The notes under the pieces: generated by a model
What the model was told of the DNA's origin: nothing
Databases searched by the model: none
What the model saw: only the letters and a program-made list of their open reading frames with translations
Made by a program: the position numbers and the translations under genes
DNA from: Schizochytrium sp. TIO01
Lineage: Eukaryota; Protista; Bigyra: Labyrinthulomycetes
NCBI GenBank assembly: GCA_004764695.1
Contig: SMSO01000034.1
Location: 4,216,001-4,280,000 of the forward strand
Length of the DNA: 64,000 nucleotides
Reading direction: 5' to 3'
Part shown: one piece after another, positions 53,141 to 64,000 of the stretch
How positions within the stretch are numbered: the first letter of the stretch is position 1
Layout of the letters: each line of letters starts with the position of its first letter

Positions 53141-53639
53141 ATGTGGCCCCAAATCACTTTTTCTGGTCATTGATAGGTTCTTCTTTCAATTTGAAAGTTC
53201 TTTGATTAAAAAGAAAGAAAAAAGAAAAAAGTGTTTTCAATGAATAAAAATAAGAATGAATTGCAAAACTAAAAATACTTTCTTTTGGGTTGCGCAACTT
53301 GCGTTGCAGACCGTCTGTTTGAAAGTACCAATGAGTCATAAATTGCAGTGATTTGAGCTCAGTGACCAGCGAAGGTGACGGACAACCAGTGCGTCAAAGA
53401 TTGGTTGAAAATGTTGGCAAGGCGTTGAGCTTGACGGGTTGACAGCACTCAATAGCTCCCCCGATACCTTCAACTGGTCGAGCATGTAGCCGTGAATTGG
53501 TTGTCAATGGGGTGTGTTGCAAAGATTGATGATTCTGTATTTGGTAGTCTATGAGTGGAGCGAATCGAACTTAATTCTGTAGGTAGATGAAGAATTGTCT
53601 CTCGGTTAACCGTAGACATGATAGTTTATATAATCAACT

Positions 53640-53920
53640 GAATGAATGGAATGAGGGGGGGGATATCCAAGTAGGCGATTCTCCGAGAGCGAGGGTTGTG
53701 TGCTACAAGCCAACCATATTGATCTGAAGGGAGAACCACATGGCAATCATTTCATCTCAGCCAGCCAGTTTCTCAGATATTTGTGCATTCACGATATCAT
53801 GCTAAGAGGGAATTAACTTTTTCAAAGTATTGGAAGCGACTCACTTTATTGAAACTCGTGAAAACAGGATCTCTTTGATCGTCTTCCGCATCGCCATCAG
53901 AAATGCTTTCTTTGTGTATT
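53640..53920 (+). mobile_element. Possible degraded IS630/Tc1-mariner superfamily transposase fragment
   Basis: Collinear broken motifs GISK*AILRERGL, IISSQP, YH..EL(N)F..YW and TREN..FDRL..AIRNAF. They resemble the KGxKxILxERGL / ILSxQPDF / YHCELNFIExYW / TRENCDYSF series of protist and fungal Tc1-like transposases, from recall only. Confidence 0.35.
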
Positions 53921-55181
53921 TTCACTCCAAGTCCTGCAACAAAGCAACCTTCACACGTTGGAGCAAGCTCTTGGGGCTCACCAACATCACGTTGGTCTCA
54001 AGTGTGATTATCTTGTGCAGGCCGGCCATCGCTCCGAAATCTAAAGATGTTTAACATGGCAGCGTCGATATATCGTAGGCGATGGACAGCATAAAGGAAA
54101 CCGCGTCACCAAAACACAATTCATCGCAGGATCCGAAAACGAAAAAATACAAGTATGTTTTGTTTGTTCTTTTTGTTTAGGTCTTGTTTAAATTTCATAT
54201 ATTTAAAACAAATTTTTATTTTTAAAAATACTAAATTATTACGGTTTAAAGTTTTTATTTCTTTTTGTTTTTTTAGCTTTTTATTATTTGAAGATAAGTA
54301 AAAGGGAACATGTTAGCTTTTGGAACAGCGTTGGGGTGGGTTGCGCAGCAGAACCCAACGAAGAACTGGGGAGAAACTTGCATTCGGGCCCCTTGTGGAT
54401 CTTGCATAGGTTCTGCTCAGCAACCGTCTAGGGGGTATAGAAGGAGTGTAGATGTAGCAAACGAAAGATGAGTTTCACCATTTCACATGGTTGCTTTCTC
54501 GTTATAGTAGGTCTGAACGCCTACAAAGATGTAAAACTGTTTTCACTCATCACGCAAGTTTCTCTTTTCCCTAATAACGTCAACTTAGAGTGGCCCTAAA
54601 TTTGCTGCAACTATACCGAAGACTTTCAAGCAAAAAAATGCTCAGGAACTACAAATTTGGAACTTATTTTACTACGACGTTTTAGATTGCACTTGAGGCT
54701 ATGAAAAGACATGTAATGTAGTACATAATAAAAATCTCGCTGCTACTGTAAACATACCCATTAATACTTAGGTACTCTTAGTAAAGATTTTTCAGTGTTG
54801 ACCTTGCGGTGAACCGTTCCCTTGAATGCGACTATATTTCATCTGACTATGTCTCAGTAGGCTCAGCCGTATAGAATGTAGACTTTTTGACGCTATCTTC
54901 GAAACTCTGATGTGTTTCGTATCTTAAGTTATTTTTCTAATAGAGTATGGTTGTGAATAACCACATGTTATCTTTTAAAGCAATTCCTTTCTGTGATATT
55001 TAAGCAACCAAATTCATTTTGTAGAGGAGCTCAGTAGTCAGGTTCAATTCTTAGCGGAAAAGGGATCAAAACAAAGTAAGTTTTGCAAAATAAGTGTACG
55101 CAGACGTTAATCTGAAAAGTGGTGGCGCTAGAATTCCACAGTACCAGGCTACTACGAGTTCACTAGTTATTTATTTGGCTT

Positions 55182-55662
55182 ATGTTACTTAATTAATGAA
55201 AGGCTATAACATTTGTTAGGGCTTCTCTGGGTGGCCCATTCCAGTAGGAAGATATTAAGTGAACTTCATCGACTTCGACTTGAAAGAGAAACACGCCACA
55301 AACCTGCGACATAAACTATGCATTAAAGGTAGACTATGATGGTCACATGTTACTTGATTCATAAAATGCCATAACATGTATTACGGCTTCTCTGGGTGGC
55401 CCATTTATGTAGGAAGGTATTAAGTGAACTTCATCGACTTCAAAGAGAAACACACCACAAACCTGTGACTTAAACTATGCAATTAAGGTAGACTATGATG
55501 GTCATATGCTACTTAATTCATAAAATGCTATAACATATGCTGCAACTTAGGGGCCCATTCCAGTAAGAAGGTATTAAGCAGTGAACTTCATCGACTTCAA
55601 AGAGAAACACACCACAAACCTGTGACTTGAACTATGCAATCAACGTAGGCTATGATGGTTAC
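55182..55662. repeat. Tandem repeat, 3 diverged copies of 165/159/157 bp
   Basis: Copies start at 55182, 55347 and 55506. Shared blocks are GGCCCATT, GTGAACTTCATCGACTTC, CCACAAACCTG, AACTATGCA and CTATGATGGT. All frames I translated contain stops. Confidence 0.95.
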
Positions 55663-57959
55663 AAGGAAGATAGATGCTGTACTATAGTATTCACTTTTAG
55701 CAACGCATATCCCGATCACTATGTCAGCTCTCTGACCCCATTAGAGTGCCATTGCAAGATAGTACACAATGGTTCATTCAGCAAAAGCTCAACGATTCAA
55801 CGCGATAACCTTAGTGAACTCCTCTTTACCCACGATACACGAACGCTCATGTTACTGCGTCAACATGTTAATGGTATTAGTCAGCTAGTCAGCATAGTTT
55901 TCATATACCCATATGTATTTCCTCGAGAGTTTTACCCAAGTGAAAGGATCGATTGGAGTACCTCAGACTGGTGAAATTTCAGAAGCTAACAATCCAACGG
56001 AATACCTGTTTTCCATTTCTTTTTCTCATTATTCATTATGCCCATATCACTGGGTGTCCAGACTGACACATCTCGATAGTACTTACACAGCCGTACGTAC
56101 TTACTGCCAGTAAATAAGTTTTAATTTCAATTCTTTTTAATTGAGATAGAATTATGGCCTTTCCATTACGGTACGGTACTATAATTCATATTCATTTTAT
56201 GGTTCAGACCCAGGACTGGTATGCTTTCACTTCAGTTTATACCTAACACTTGTAGTAAATAATTTATTATACGTTCACCCTGTGACTAGTGAGAGTAGTT
56301 CAGGGCATCCTGACAAGTACACGTATGATAAAAGTCCCACTAGGATGACCTTGTTTAAACAAAGGTGATAAGCCGACCACAGTTCGACTAGGCTAATGTT
56401 CAATTTATGTATTTTAATGAATGAATGTGTACAGTAGATATTTAACCCGATGTGACATATCGCATAGCGCACACCAGTCAAAACTAGGTAGCATCTAGGA
56501 AGGTATTTACCGTACGTAGAGTAACAAATAGACCTACTCCTACTGGCTACATGTCTTTAATTTCATCATTGTAAACATGTACCTGGTATATATCTATCAG
56601 AAAATCCTGCCACTACAGTGACACAAGTCAAGTGTACCCACCCAACTCTAATCAAAGAAGAGCGGAAAGAAAAGGAAAGGGGTTACGGTGGTACTTACGG
56701 TGGTGAAATGCAGCACTACTTAGGTACTGCAAGAGTGTAACTCCTTAGTGCTAGCATAATTCTCTAATGTCTGTATGGTCTATCTACAATTTTGCCTGAT
56801 TCAAGCAAAATGAAACTGCCACCGTATACTGTCCAACTTCAAGAAGAGTTTACATAAGAATATATCCCATAATAGTATCGTCTTGGAATCCTAACCCACA
56901 GAGTGAACTACCTACATTCCAATTAACAAGTTGCAGGTCATCTGCAGCAAGTTGGAGGAGGTCTTTGAGTATAAACTCCATGTTAGTTCCTGTGTAGTCC
57001 CTATTGCCTACTACAGTAGATTTTCACCTCCCTCTACTTAAATGTGGCGAAGTAAACTTGGATACTGCCCTATAGGATATTCTGAGCTGATCCCACATGT
57101 CGGTGTTTTCTCTGACTTTCGTGGTTACTGCATACCACCACGTAAAATCAGATCCGACAATCCCACAGACACAAGTGTTGTGCTATCCATGTCGCTCATC
57201 GAATACTTTTCCGCACCAGGTCTCCGAGAGCCCGGGACTAAGCATGCAGCATGTTTGTTTAGTTTTGCAGCATAGGTTTTTATTGAAGTATCTTCAAAAG
57301 GCGCAATTCGTCTCCACGGATCCATGGAAGTTCACTACTGGGAAGTTTGTTGTTCGCTTCTTTGACCCGAAGACGTGCTCTCCTTAGTACCAGCTATCGC
57401 ACCCTTAGGATGACCCGCCCCCTTCCGATGACGCATATGCAAGCCTGGTCCCAACAGGCTCGCGCTCTAGGACAAATAGGACTTCTTCTAGCAGTAGGAG
57501 GAACCTACCTTCGGTTGGTTTCACCAATACTTGCACCACCGTGTCATCTCTCTGGAATCATGAATCAAGAGTCATGGTTGGCTGAGGCTTCAGTGTCGTT
57601 GCTCACAGAGATCCTCTTGATCTCAGATCGTTTAAACAGCCTACATGCACAATCTGCGCGAAGAATCTGCCTCCGAGAGGACGCCGAGATGAGATGATCG
57701 CGAAGGCAGCATTCAGATTGCGAGCCGTTTTTTATTTTTTAAATATATTAAAATAAAATAAAATATCCGCTATCTTGAACCTGAACAAGAGACCCATCTG
57801 CCTTGATGCTATAGGCTACCGCCTGACGGCCTTTGCAGCTGCCGAAGATGCTAACACGTTTATAGGCTGGGTATCTATCTACTGCCTACCTACTTATAGC
57901 TTGCTCATCTGGGCACACCATCTTTTCCTCCGGGCCTTTGAAGCGGTAAGACTCCGTAT

Positions 57960-60780
57960 CCTTTTCAAGTTGAAAAGAAGAAGAAGAAGAAGAAGACGTC
58001 GACGATAGGGACCGCAAGCCTCCGGGGGGCGGGCGTGCGGTGTCGAAGCCTTCGGAGGAGCCCGATGCCTCTGTGGTGCTGGTAGCGGTGTCACCGACCT
58101 AGGGAGGCTCAGTCGATCTCCCGAAACCAGGAGAGAAATGAATTTCAAATCCGCCTCCCATTGAAGGCTCAACAGCAAAAGGATAGTTCAGGGAGGTACT
58201 AGTAGGCGGGGGAAGTTTTCGCGAGGTGCTGCTCGCCGTCATCCATTACGCCGCCGCCGGGTAGCTAGTAGGTAGGTAGCTAGGTAGGTACCTACTGCAG
58301 CACGCATGAGTCCAAATGGACACTGAGCCATAGCTTTCAAGATGGATTCTTGAATCATCCATCGATTTGCGCTTTGTAATGCAATGCAATGCGATGCAAT
58401 GCAGCTGTAGGGAGGTGGTATGAACCAGAAGGCTGGCCTCGTTCATTTGTATCAGCTCAAGGCGCCGCTGGCTTGAAAAGGCCGAAGACCGCGCCGGAAT
58501 CAAAACAAAAGGATCTAGCCGGAGCAGAGCATCATGAGCCCGCAACGAAACGTCCGCATCTGGAAGAGAAGGAGCTCGAGCTCGAAAGCAAGCAAGCAAG
58601 CTCGAAAGCAAGCAAGCAAGCTCGAAAGCAAGTAAGCAAGCAAGCAGGCAATCAAGCAAGCAAGCCAGTCAATCAGTCAGCCAGCCTCTGAAAGCGGCCA
58701 GCCAGCTTGGCTTCTTCTTGCTCCGGCATGATTTTAAAGCTCCCGACGACCGCCTAGCTGGCTGGCTGGCCTTGTCTGCCTTGGCCGAGAATCTCCGCGA
58801 GCGCTCAAGACAAGACCCGCCGCCATTCATGGCCACGCCCGCGGCTCGCGACGACCAAGCTTGCTTGCTTGCTTTCCTGCCTGCCTGCAACCTCGAACAC
58901 TTGGAAATTCAAATCCAAAGTGACCGCTGCTTCGCAGTTTGCTTTGCATGCGTACCGTCACTAAACTGCCTACGACCTTCAAGAAGTTCAAATGATCCAA
59001 ATCCCTCCGCCATTACATAATACACAGACCATAGATAGACGGATAAATAGATAGATAGATAGACAGATAGATAGATAGATAGATATAGATAGATACACCT
59101 TTCTCAAAATTCAAAATTCAAAATTCAAAATTCAAACTTCCTTCCATAACAAAACACTAACAAAACAAAGCAAAAATCTACCGAGAGAAAGGAAGATCTA
59201 AGCATTACCCGCCTCACACTCCTACCGATACCGCTATCTCCGCCCTAGCAGCCGGGGGGAAGTAGTCCCTAGGGCCTGCGAGGCTCTGGCTAGCTCTTAC
59301 GCTAGAAGTGCGCGGAAGGGACAGAAAGAGAAGCGAGTAAGTAAGTACCTAGATAGCAGTTTCCTACGGCTCGCTACCGTTGAAATCGAGGCCTCCCGTG
59401 ACAAGGCGCGAGAGAGAGGAAGAAGAGGCCTTGAAATCACAGCCTCGGCCTTGCCAGCCGCCTGCTCATCCTGCGGAAACCGCTTTCTCGCGCTGCACGA
59501 GCCTCCTCAACGCTACCCCGCCGGCGCTCCCTGAGGCGGGCGCCCTTGCTGCGAAGCCGGGTACGGTCGATCGAGCATTCGCGATCGTTCATTCACTCCT
59601 TCGTTCATTCATTCATTCATTCATTCATTCATTTGCTCATCCAAAGTTTGTTTTCTTTTCTTCTTCTTTCGGGCTCCAAAGAAACAAAGAAAGAAAGAAA
59701 CAAAGAAAGGAACGTACATTCATTATTATTACTACATACATACATACATACATACATACGTAGGTACGTACACAAAGTAACCAACCAACAAAGAGTGTTT
59801 TTTTGAATTCAGGTATCCTCTCATATGATGAAAGCCTTTTCAAGCGCATCGCTCTTCAACGTGAAAGTGATTTCCCCCATGCGTCCCGGGACGTCTCAAT
59901 TCCGTCTCGCCTTAATTTCTCACATAGCCTCAATATTAGGTACGGCTTTCCAGGGGCTGTGGCGACTAGGGCATGAGGCGCAAAGAGCACCTTATTGCAC
60001 ACGTGACCCACTGTAATGCCGGCGGAGTAATGCACGGAGTATGCAGTGCAAATACGGGGTAATATGCGGCGCACATAAAGCGCTGTAGCAAAAGTCTTCG
60101 AGTATCCATGCAATCGAAGAACTACCTCCGTCATCCTCAACTCCTAGCGGTGCGGTAGGAAGTCCTAGCGGTGAGGGGCTAGGTAGGACCTCAGAGGAAC
60201 TAAGAGACTCTCTTTCTCTCTTTCTCTCTTTCTGTCTTTGTTTGTTACTTTGATCGATTGATTGATTGATTGATTGTTCACGTTTGATTTGTTTCTCTGT
60301 TTCTTTCGCCTTTGAAACTCGCTTTCATCGCGGAGAAAACTCTCTTTGGCCTGGAGCAGCCTGACTCTTCTCTCTTCGCTGCGGCTGCGCGGGTGCGAGC
60401 GAGCGAGCGAGCGAGCGAGGCCTCCCGCGTGCGGCAGCGGCGAGGGGGAGGGCCATCCTCGTTTGATTGGTTGCCTGATGGATGGATTGATTGAACGTTG
60501 TTGGATTGTTTCTGTCTCCGAGTTGATCGTTTTTCTTTTTCCGCCTGAGTCTCCTTTTTAACCGCCTCGCAGAGACCAGGTTAGCGGTAGATAAGAGGAG
60601 CGTAGCGGGCGTAGCAGTGGGTAGGCGACTCGTAGGCAGAGTAAGTACTATCGGTTCTTTGGGTAAAAGGAGGAGAAGAGAAGAGAAGAGAAGAGAAGAG
60701 AATAGATAGATAGATAGATGGATATATAGAAGGATATTTTGATTTGGGGGAAGGAAGGAAGGAAGGAAGGGAAGTACTAG
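57960..60780. repeat. Microsatellite-rich tract upstream of the acyl-CoA dehydrogenase: (AAG)n, (GTAG)n, (AAGC)n, (GATA)n, (CAAAATT)4, (TTCA)n, (TACA)n, (ATTG)n, (GCGA)n, (AGAAG)n, (GGAA)n
   Basis: Visible short tandem arrays separated by GC-rich spacers. Confidence 0.9.
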
Positions 60781-60959
60781 GAGTTGGGGTAGGTGGCGTG
60801 TAGGAGTGGTGCGGCGGTGTTAAGAATGAGAAAGAAAGCAAATCCTCGAAGCCGGACGCGCAGCAAATCCCGAACGTGGATTTCTCAAAAGTAAATTTTG
60901 AAGGACGGCATCTGATTGAAGCGGTCGCGAAGGTAGTGGACTTTTGAGAAAGCGGGAAA

Positions 60960-62876
60960 ATGATGCAAGGTGTAAGCATGATGAGGCGCGGCAGCCAGCG
61001 CGTAATGCAGATTCATGGCGCTCGCGCCATGTCGTACGCAGCACCCCTGCGCGACATGAAATTCCAGCTCGACGAGGTGCGTAGCTCTGAGGAGCACTAC
61101 AAGAAGGTGCCCAAGACTGGAGGCGAGGGCGCCACCCCCGACATGGTAGACATGATTCTTCAGGAGTCTGCTCGCTTTGCTGAGAACGAATTGCACCCTT
61201 GCAACGAATCTGCCGACCGCATTGGATGCAAGCAGGAGGGCCCTAACACGGTCAAGACCCCGCCTGGATTCAAAGAGGCATACCAAACCTTTGTTGAAGG
61301 TGGATGGCAAGGACTCAGCTTCCCGGAGAAGTGGGGTGGCCAGGGCCTCCCCTCCTCTCTCGCCCTCCTCCAGAGTGAGATCACCTCCACTGCCAACTGG
61401 ACCTGGACCATGTTTCCCGGCCTCTCCAAGGGTGCCATCAACACCCTCTTGGCCCATGGTGATGACCTTGTACAGAGCAAGTACCTCGAGAAGCTCGTTA
61501 GCGGCGAGTGGACCGGTACCATGTGCCTCACTGAGCCCCACTGTGGTTCTGATCTTGCCCAGGTTGCCACCAAGGCCGTCCCCACCGACAACGGCAAGTA
61601 CAAGATCTCCGGTACTAAGATTTTCATCTCCTGCGGTGAGCACGACATGGTGGACAACATTGTACACTGTGTTCTCGCGCGTCTCCCGGATGCACCCCCC
61701 GGCATCAAGGGTATCTCCCTCTTTGCTGTACCCAAGTTCAAGGTCAATGACGACGGAACCTTGACTGACCAGCTCAACGGTGCCACTGTGGGCCGTATCG
61801 AGAACAAGATGGGTTGCCACGGCTCCCCCACTTGTGAGCTTATTTTTGAGGATGCTGAGGGTGAGCTCCTTGGTGTGCCCCACAAGGGTATGCGCCAGAT
61901 GTTCACCTTTATCAACACCTCCCGTGTTGGTACCGCTATCCAAGGTCTCGCTGCTGCTGAGGGTGCCTACCAGCTCTCTCTCGCATACGCAAAGGACCGC
62001 CTTGCCATGCGCTCCCTCACTGGCCCCAAGTTCCCTGAGAAGGCTGCCGACCCCATCATCGTGCACCCCTCCGTCCGCCAAATGCTTCTCTTTCAGAAGT
62101 GTGTCTCCGAGGGTGGTCGCGGTATGATCTACGACTCTGCCTTCATGGCCGACCTCATGAACGAGGCTGAGGCTAACGGCGACCACAAGAAGGCCCAGGA
62201 CTACGATGACCGCCTCGGCTTCCTTACCCCGATTCTTAAGGGCTTCCTCACTGAGGCTGGCCTTGAGGCCGCTAACATGGGCATCCAGACTTACGGTGGC
62301 CATGGTTACATCAAGTCTAACGGTGTAGAGCAGATTGTTCGCGATGTTCGTATTGCCAGCGTCTGGGAGGGCACTACCCAAATTCAGGCTCTTGACTTGC
62401 TCGGCCGTAAGATCATGCTCCAGAAGCTCAAGCCCATGAACCAACACACCTCTGGCCTTATGAAGCTTGCCTGGGGCGCCTTCTCCTCCCCTGCTTCTAG
62501 CAAGTACGGCAGCATCCGCAAGCACGCCTTCCAGCTTGGCTCTGCTGCTGCTGAGTGGCAGTACCTGACCCTTCGCATTGCTGCCCGTGCCTCCCGTAAC
62601 AAGGACTCTATCGGCTCGGCTGCTGTACCCTTCCTCATGTACGGTGGATACGTTTCCCTCGCAGAGCAGTGGCTCAAGATGGAGATCGCCGCCGCCAAGG
62701 CCCTTGAGGCAGGTGCCGAGGGCTCTGATGCTGAGTTTTACAAGGGTAAGCTTGCTGCCAGCCAGTACATGTTTAGCAACATCTTGCCCCGCATCGCCAC
62801 CCTCAAGCAGCAGATGCTTGCCCCTGTGGAGGATGTTATGACCATCACCCCAGAGCAATTCGCTGCTTCTGACTAA
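60960..62876 (+). CDS. Acyl-CoA dehydrogenase, bacterial-type ~600-aa family (DmdC/FadE5-like), probable mitochondrial presequence
   Basis: YAAPLRDMKF N-domain, GTMCLTEPHCGSDL, ISGTKIFIS, KGISLF, ENKMGCHGSPTC, GGHGYI, WEGTTQIQALDLLGRK (catalytic Glu) and C-terminal FYKGKLAASQY. Arg-rich leader. Confidence 0.95.
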   Translation: MMQGVSMMRRGSQRVMQIHGARAMSYAAPLRDMKFQLDEVRSSEEHYKKVPKTGGEGATPDMVDMILQESARFAENELHPCNESADRIGCKQEGPNTVKTPPGFKEAYQTFVEGGWQGLSFPEKWGGQGLPSSLALLQSEITSTANWTWTMFPGLSKGAINTLLAHGDDLVQSKYLEKLVSGEWTGTMCLTEPHCGSDLAQVATKAVPTDNGKYKISGTKIFISCGEHDMVDNIVHCVLARLPDAPPGIKGISLFAVPKFKVNDDGTLTDQLNGATVGRIENKMGCHGSPTCELIFEDAEGELLGVPHKGMRQMFTFINTSRVGTAIQGLAAAEGAYQLSLAYAKDRLAMRSLTGPKFPEKAADPIIVHPSVRQMLLFQKCVSEGGRGMIYDSAFMADLMNEAEANGDHKKAQDYDDRLGFLTPILKGFLTEAGLEAANMGIQTYGGHGYIKSNGVEQIVRDVRIASVWEGTTQIQALDLLGRKIMLQKLKPMNQHTSGLMKLAWGAFSSPASSKYGSIRKHAFQLGSAAAEWQYLTLRIAARASRNKDSIGSAAVPFLMYGGYVSLAEQWLKMEIAAAKALEAGAEGSDAEFYKGKLAASQYMFSNILPRIATLKQQMLAPVEDVMTITPEQFAASD

Positions 62877-64000
62877 ATTTGTCCACTCCACTCCCTCCCC
62901 ATTGGTCATCTTCTTGAAGAAAGTACATATCTCGTAGACGATCGACCATCACACTTCTCAGACCCACAGGTTTTTCTTTTGATTCCTCTGATGACTCTTT
63001 AGAGGGTATAAAATACATGTTGTTGTTACCAACAGCCGAAGCGTGAATCTCAAATCACACTTCTTTGCCAGTATAGAAAACACGCCTACCTGTTTTTATG
63101 TCACTCCCTTTTTTCTTTTTTACACTAGTGTAATCAAATAAGCCCATATTTGGCCCCCTCTTTTAAAGAATATATAAATGACTCACATTAATACCATCCC
63201 TGGCTCGAATGTGCTCTGCATGCTTGATTGTGAAGACGAGCTCCTCATCAATTGAATGTGCCGCCTACCTGCCTACTTTTTCTTTTCTTTTTTTCTTGAT
63301 TGAGTGTAAGCTCTGTAATCGATTACAAGTCTGAAATCAGGGTGGATCACTTTCTTCGCTTTTTTATTCCTGGTAGTTACTTTACACCCTTTCATGGGAG
63401 TAATGTATCTAGTGATACTGTGATACTGGTACCTCCCTCATAGCTCTGACCAGCATAGTTCTTCAAAAAAAACTTAATTTTTTAAGGTTCCACTTAATGC
63501 TGCATTCTCAAATTCGACGTCCTACTCCAGCACTGGCCAGAGCTCCGCTCATTTCTTGCAATGAGCAAAATTTTGATCTAAACAACGGTGCCTTTCTTTA
63601 TTTGTTCGTTCCTTTGAACTTATGCCTTCCGACGGACCGACAGCAGCGTCACCAAGTCAAACAAGATCTCTAAAAAGTTTAGAGAAGAATCTCAGTTGTT
63701 TTCTAGGTTTGATATTTTTAACTTTGCTTATTTCTTGTTGGGTTACTTATTAGGGCTAATATGTAGCTATTAAATGTTATGCTTTACGTCAATCCGTAGG
63801 CATAAGTATCGCGTATTTTAAGAGTGTTTGAGATGGGTGTATAACTTTTTATGAGTTTGCTTTTCATGAGACAAAGAAAAACGTTGTTCAAAGAACGGGA
63901 AACAGGATAACATAAGAGCTTTCACGCGCGCAACACTGCTTACTCTCACTTGGTCAATGTGTAAACTCCATGGCATCCGCCTTAAAGTGCGAAAGGACAC

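Noticed and set aside
55026-55052. tRNA-like A box (AGCTCAGTAG) and T-loop (GGTTCAATTC)
   Set aside because: The motifs are adjacent, leaving no room for an anticodon arm, and there is no acceptor stem.
55182-55662. CRISPR-like array or coding repeat
   Set aside because: Whole units are homologous with no unique spacers, there are no cas genes, and the frames contain stops.
57042-60600. Numerous 60-137 aa ORFs in the microsatellite tract
   Set aside because: Low-complexity translations without domains or codon bias.
60885-62909. 674-aa minus-strand ORF
   Set aside because: Antisense shadow of the codon-biased acyl-CoA dehydrogenase.

Overview
Eukaryotic, intron-poor, gene-dense DNA with microsatellite-rich intergenic tracts. 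The gene content (axonemal dynein, channel-type adenylyl cyclase, UFL1, PI31) points to a flagellated protist; a thraustochytrid-like stramenopile is my inference. All family calls are from motif recall, with no database searches run. Left to right: a 5'-truncated intronless DNAH1-like dynein heavy chain; a ~2165-aa EF-hand protein split by a +1 frameshift and carrying a CEP290-C-terminus-like motif; a 3-exon Chibby-like gene missing from the ORF track; a 2-exon DUSP12/YVH1-like phosphatase; a coiled-coil ORF with a decayed 5' part; a voltage-sensor adenylyl cyclase; a non-canonical Elp3; RBM39 (also +1 frameshifted); UFL1; PI31; an orphan multi-pass membrane protein; a TEX264/GyrI-like protein; and a mitochondrion-targeted ArgD-ArgJ fusion. 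Next comes a 12.3-kb gene-free divergent interval with a probable pseudogene, a possible Tc1/mariner relic, a 3x~160-bp tandem repeat and microsatellites, then a bacterial-type (DmdC/FadE5-like) acyl-CoA dehydrogenase. The best leads are the self-cleaving ArgD-ArgJ polyprotein and the head-to-head pair of the Chibby-like gene and the CEP290-motif EF-hand gene inside a flagellar gene neighbourhood. I recognised no tRNA, rRNA or CRISPR array.
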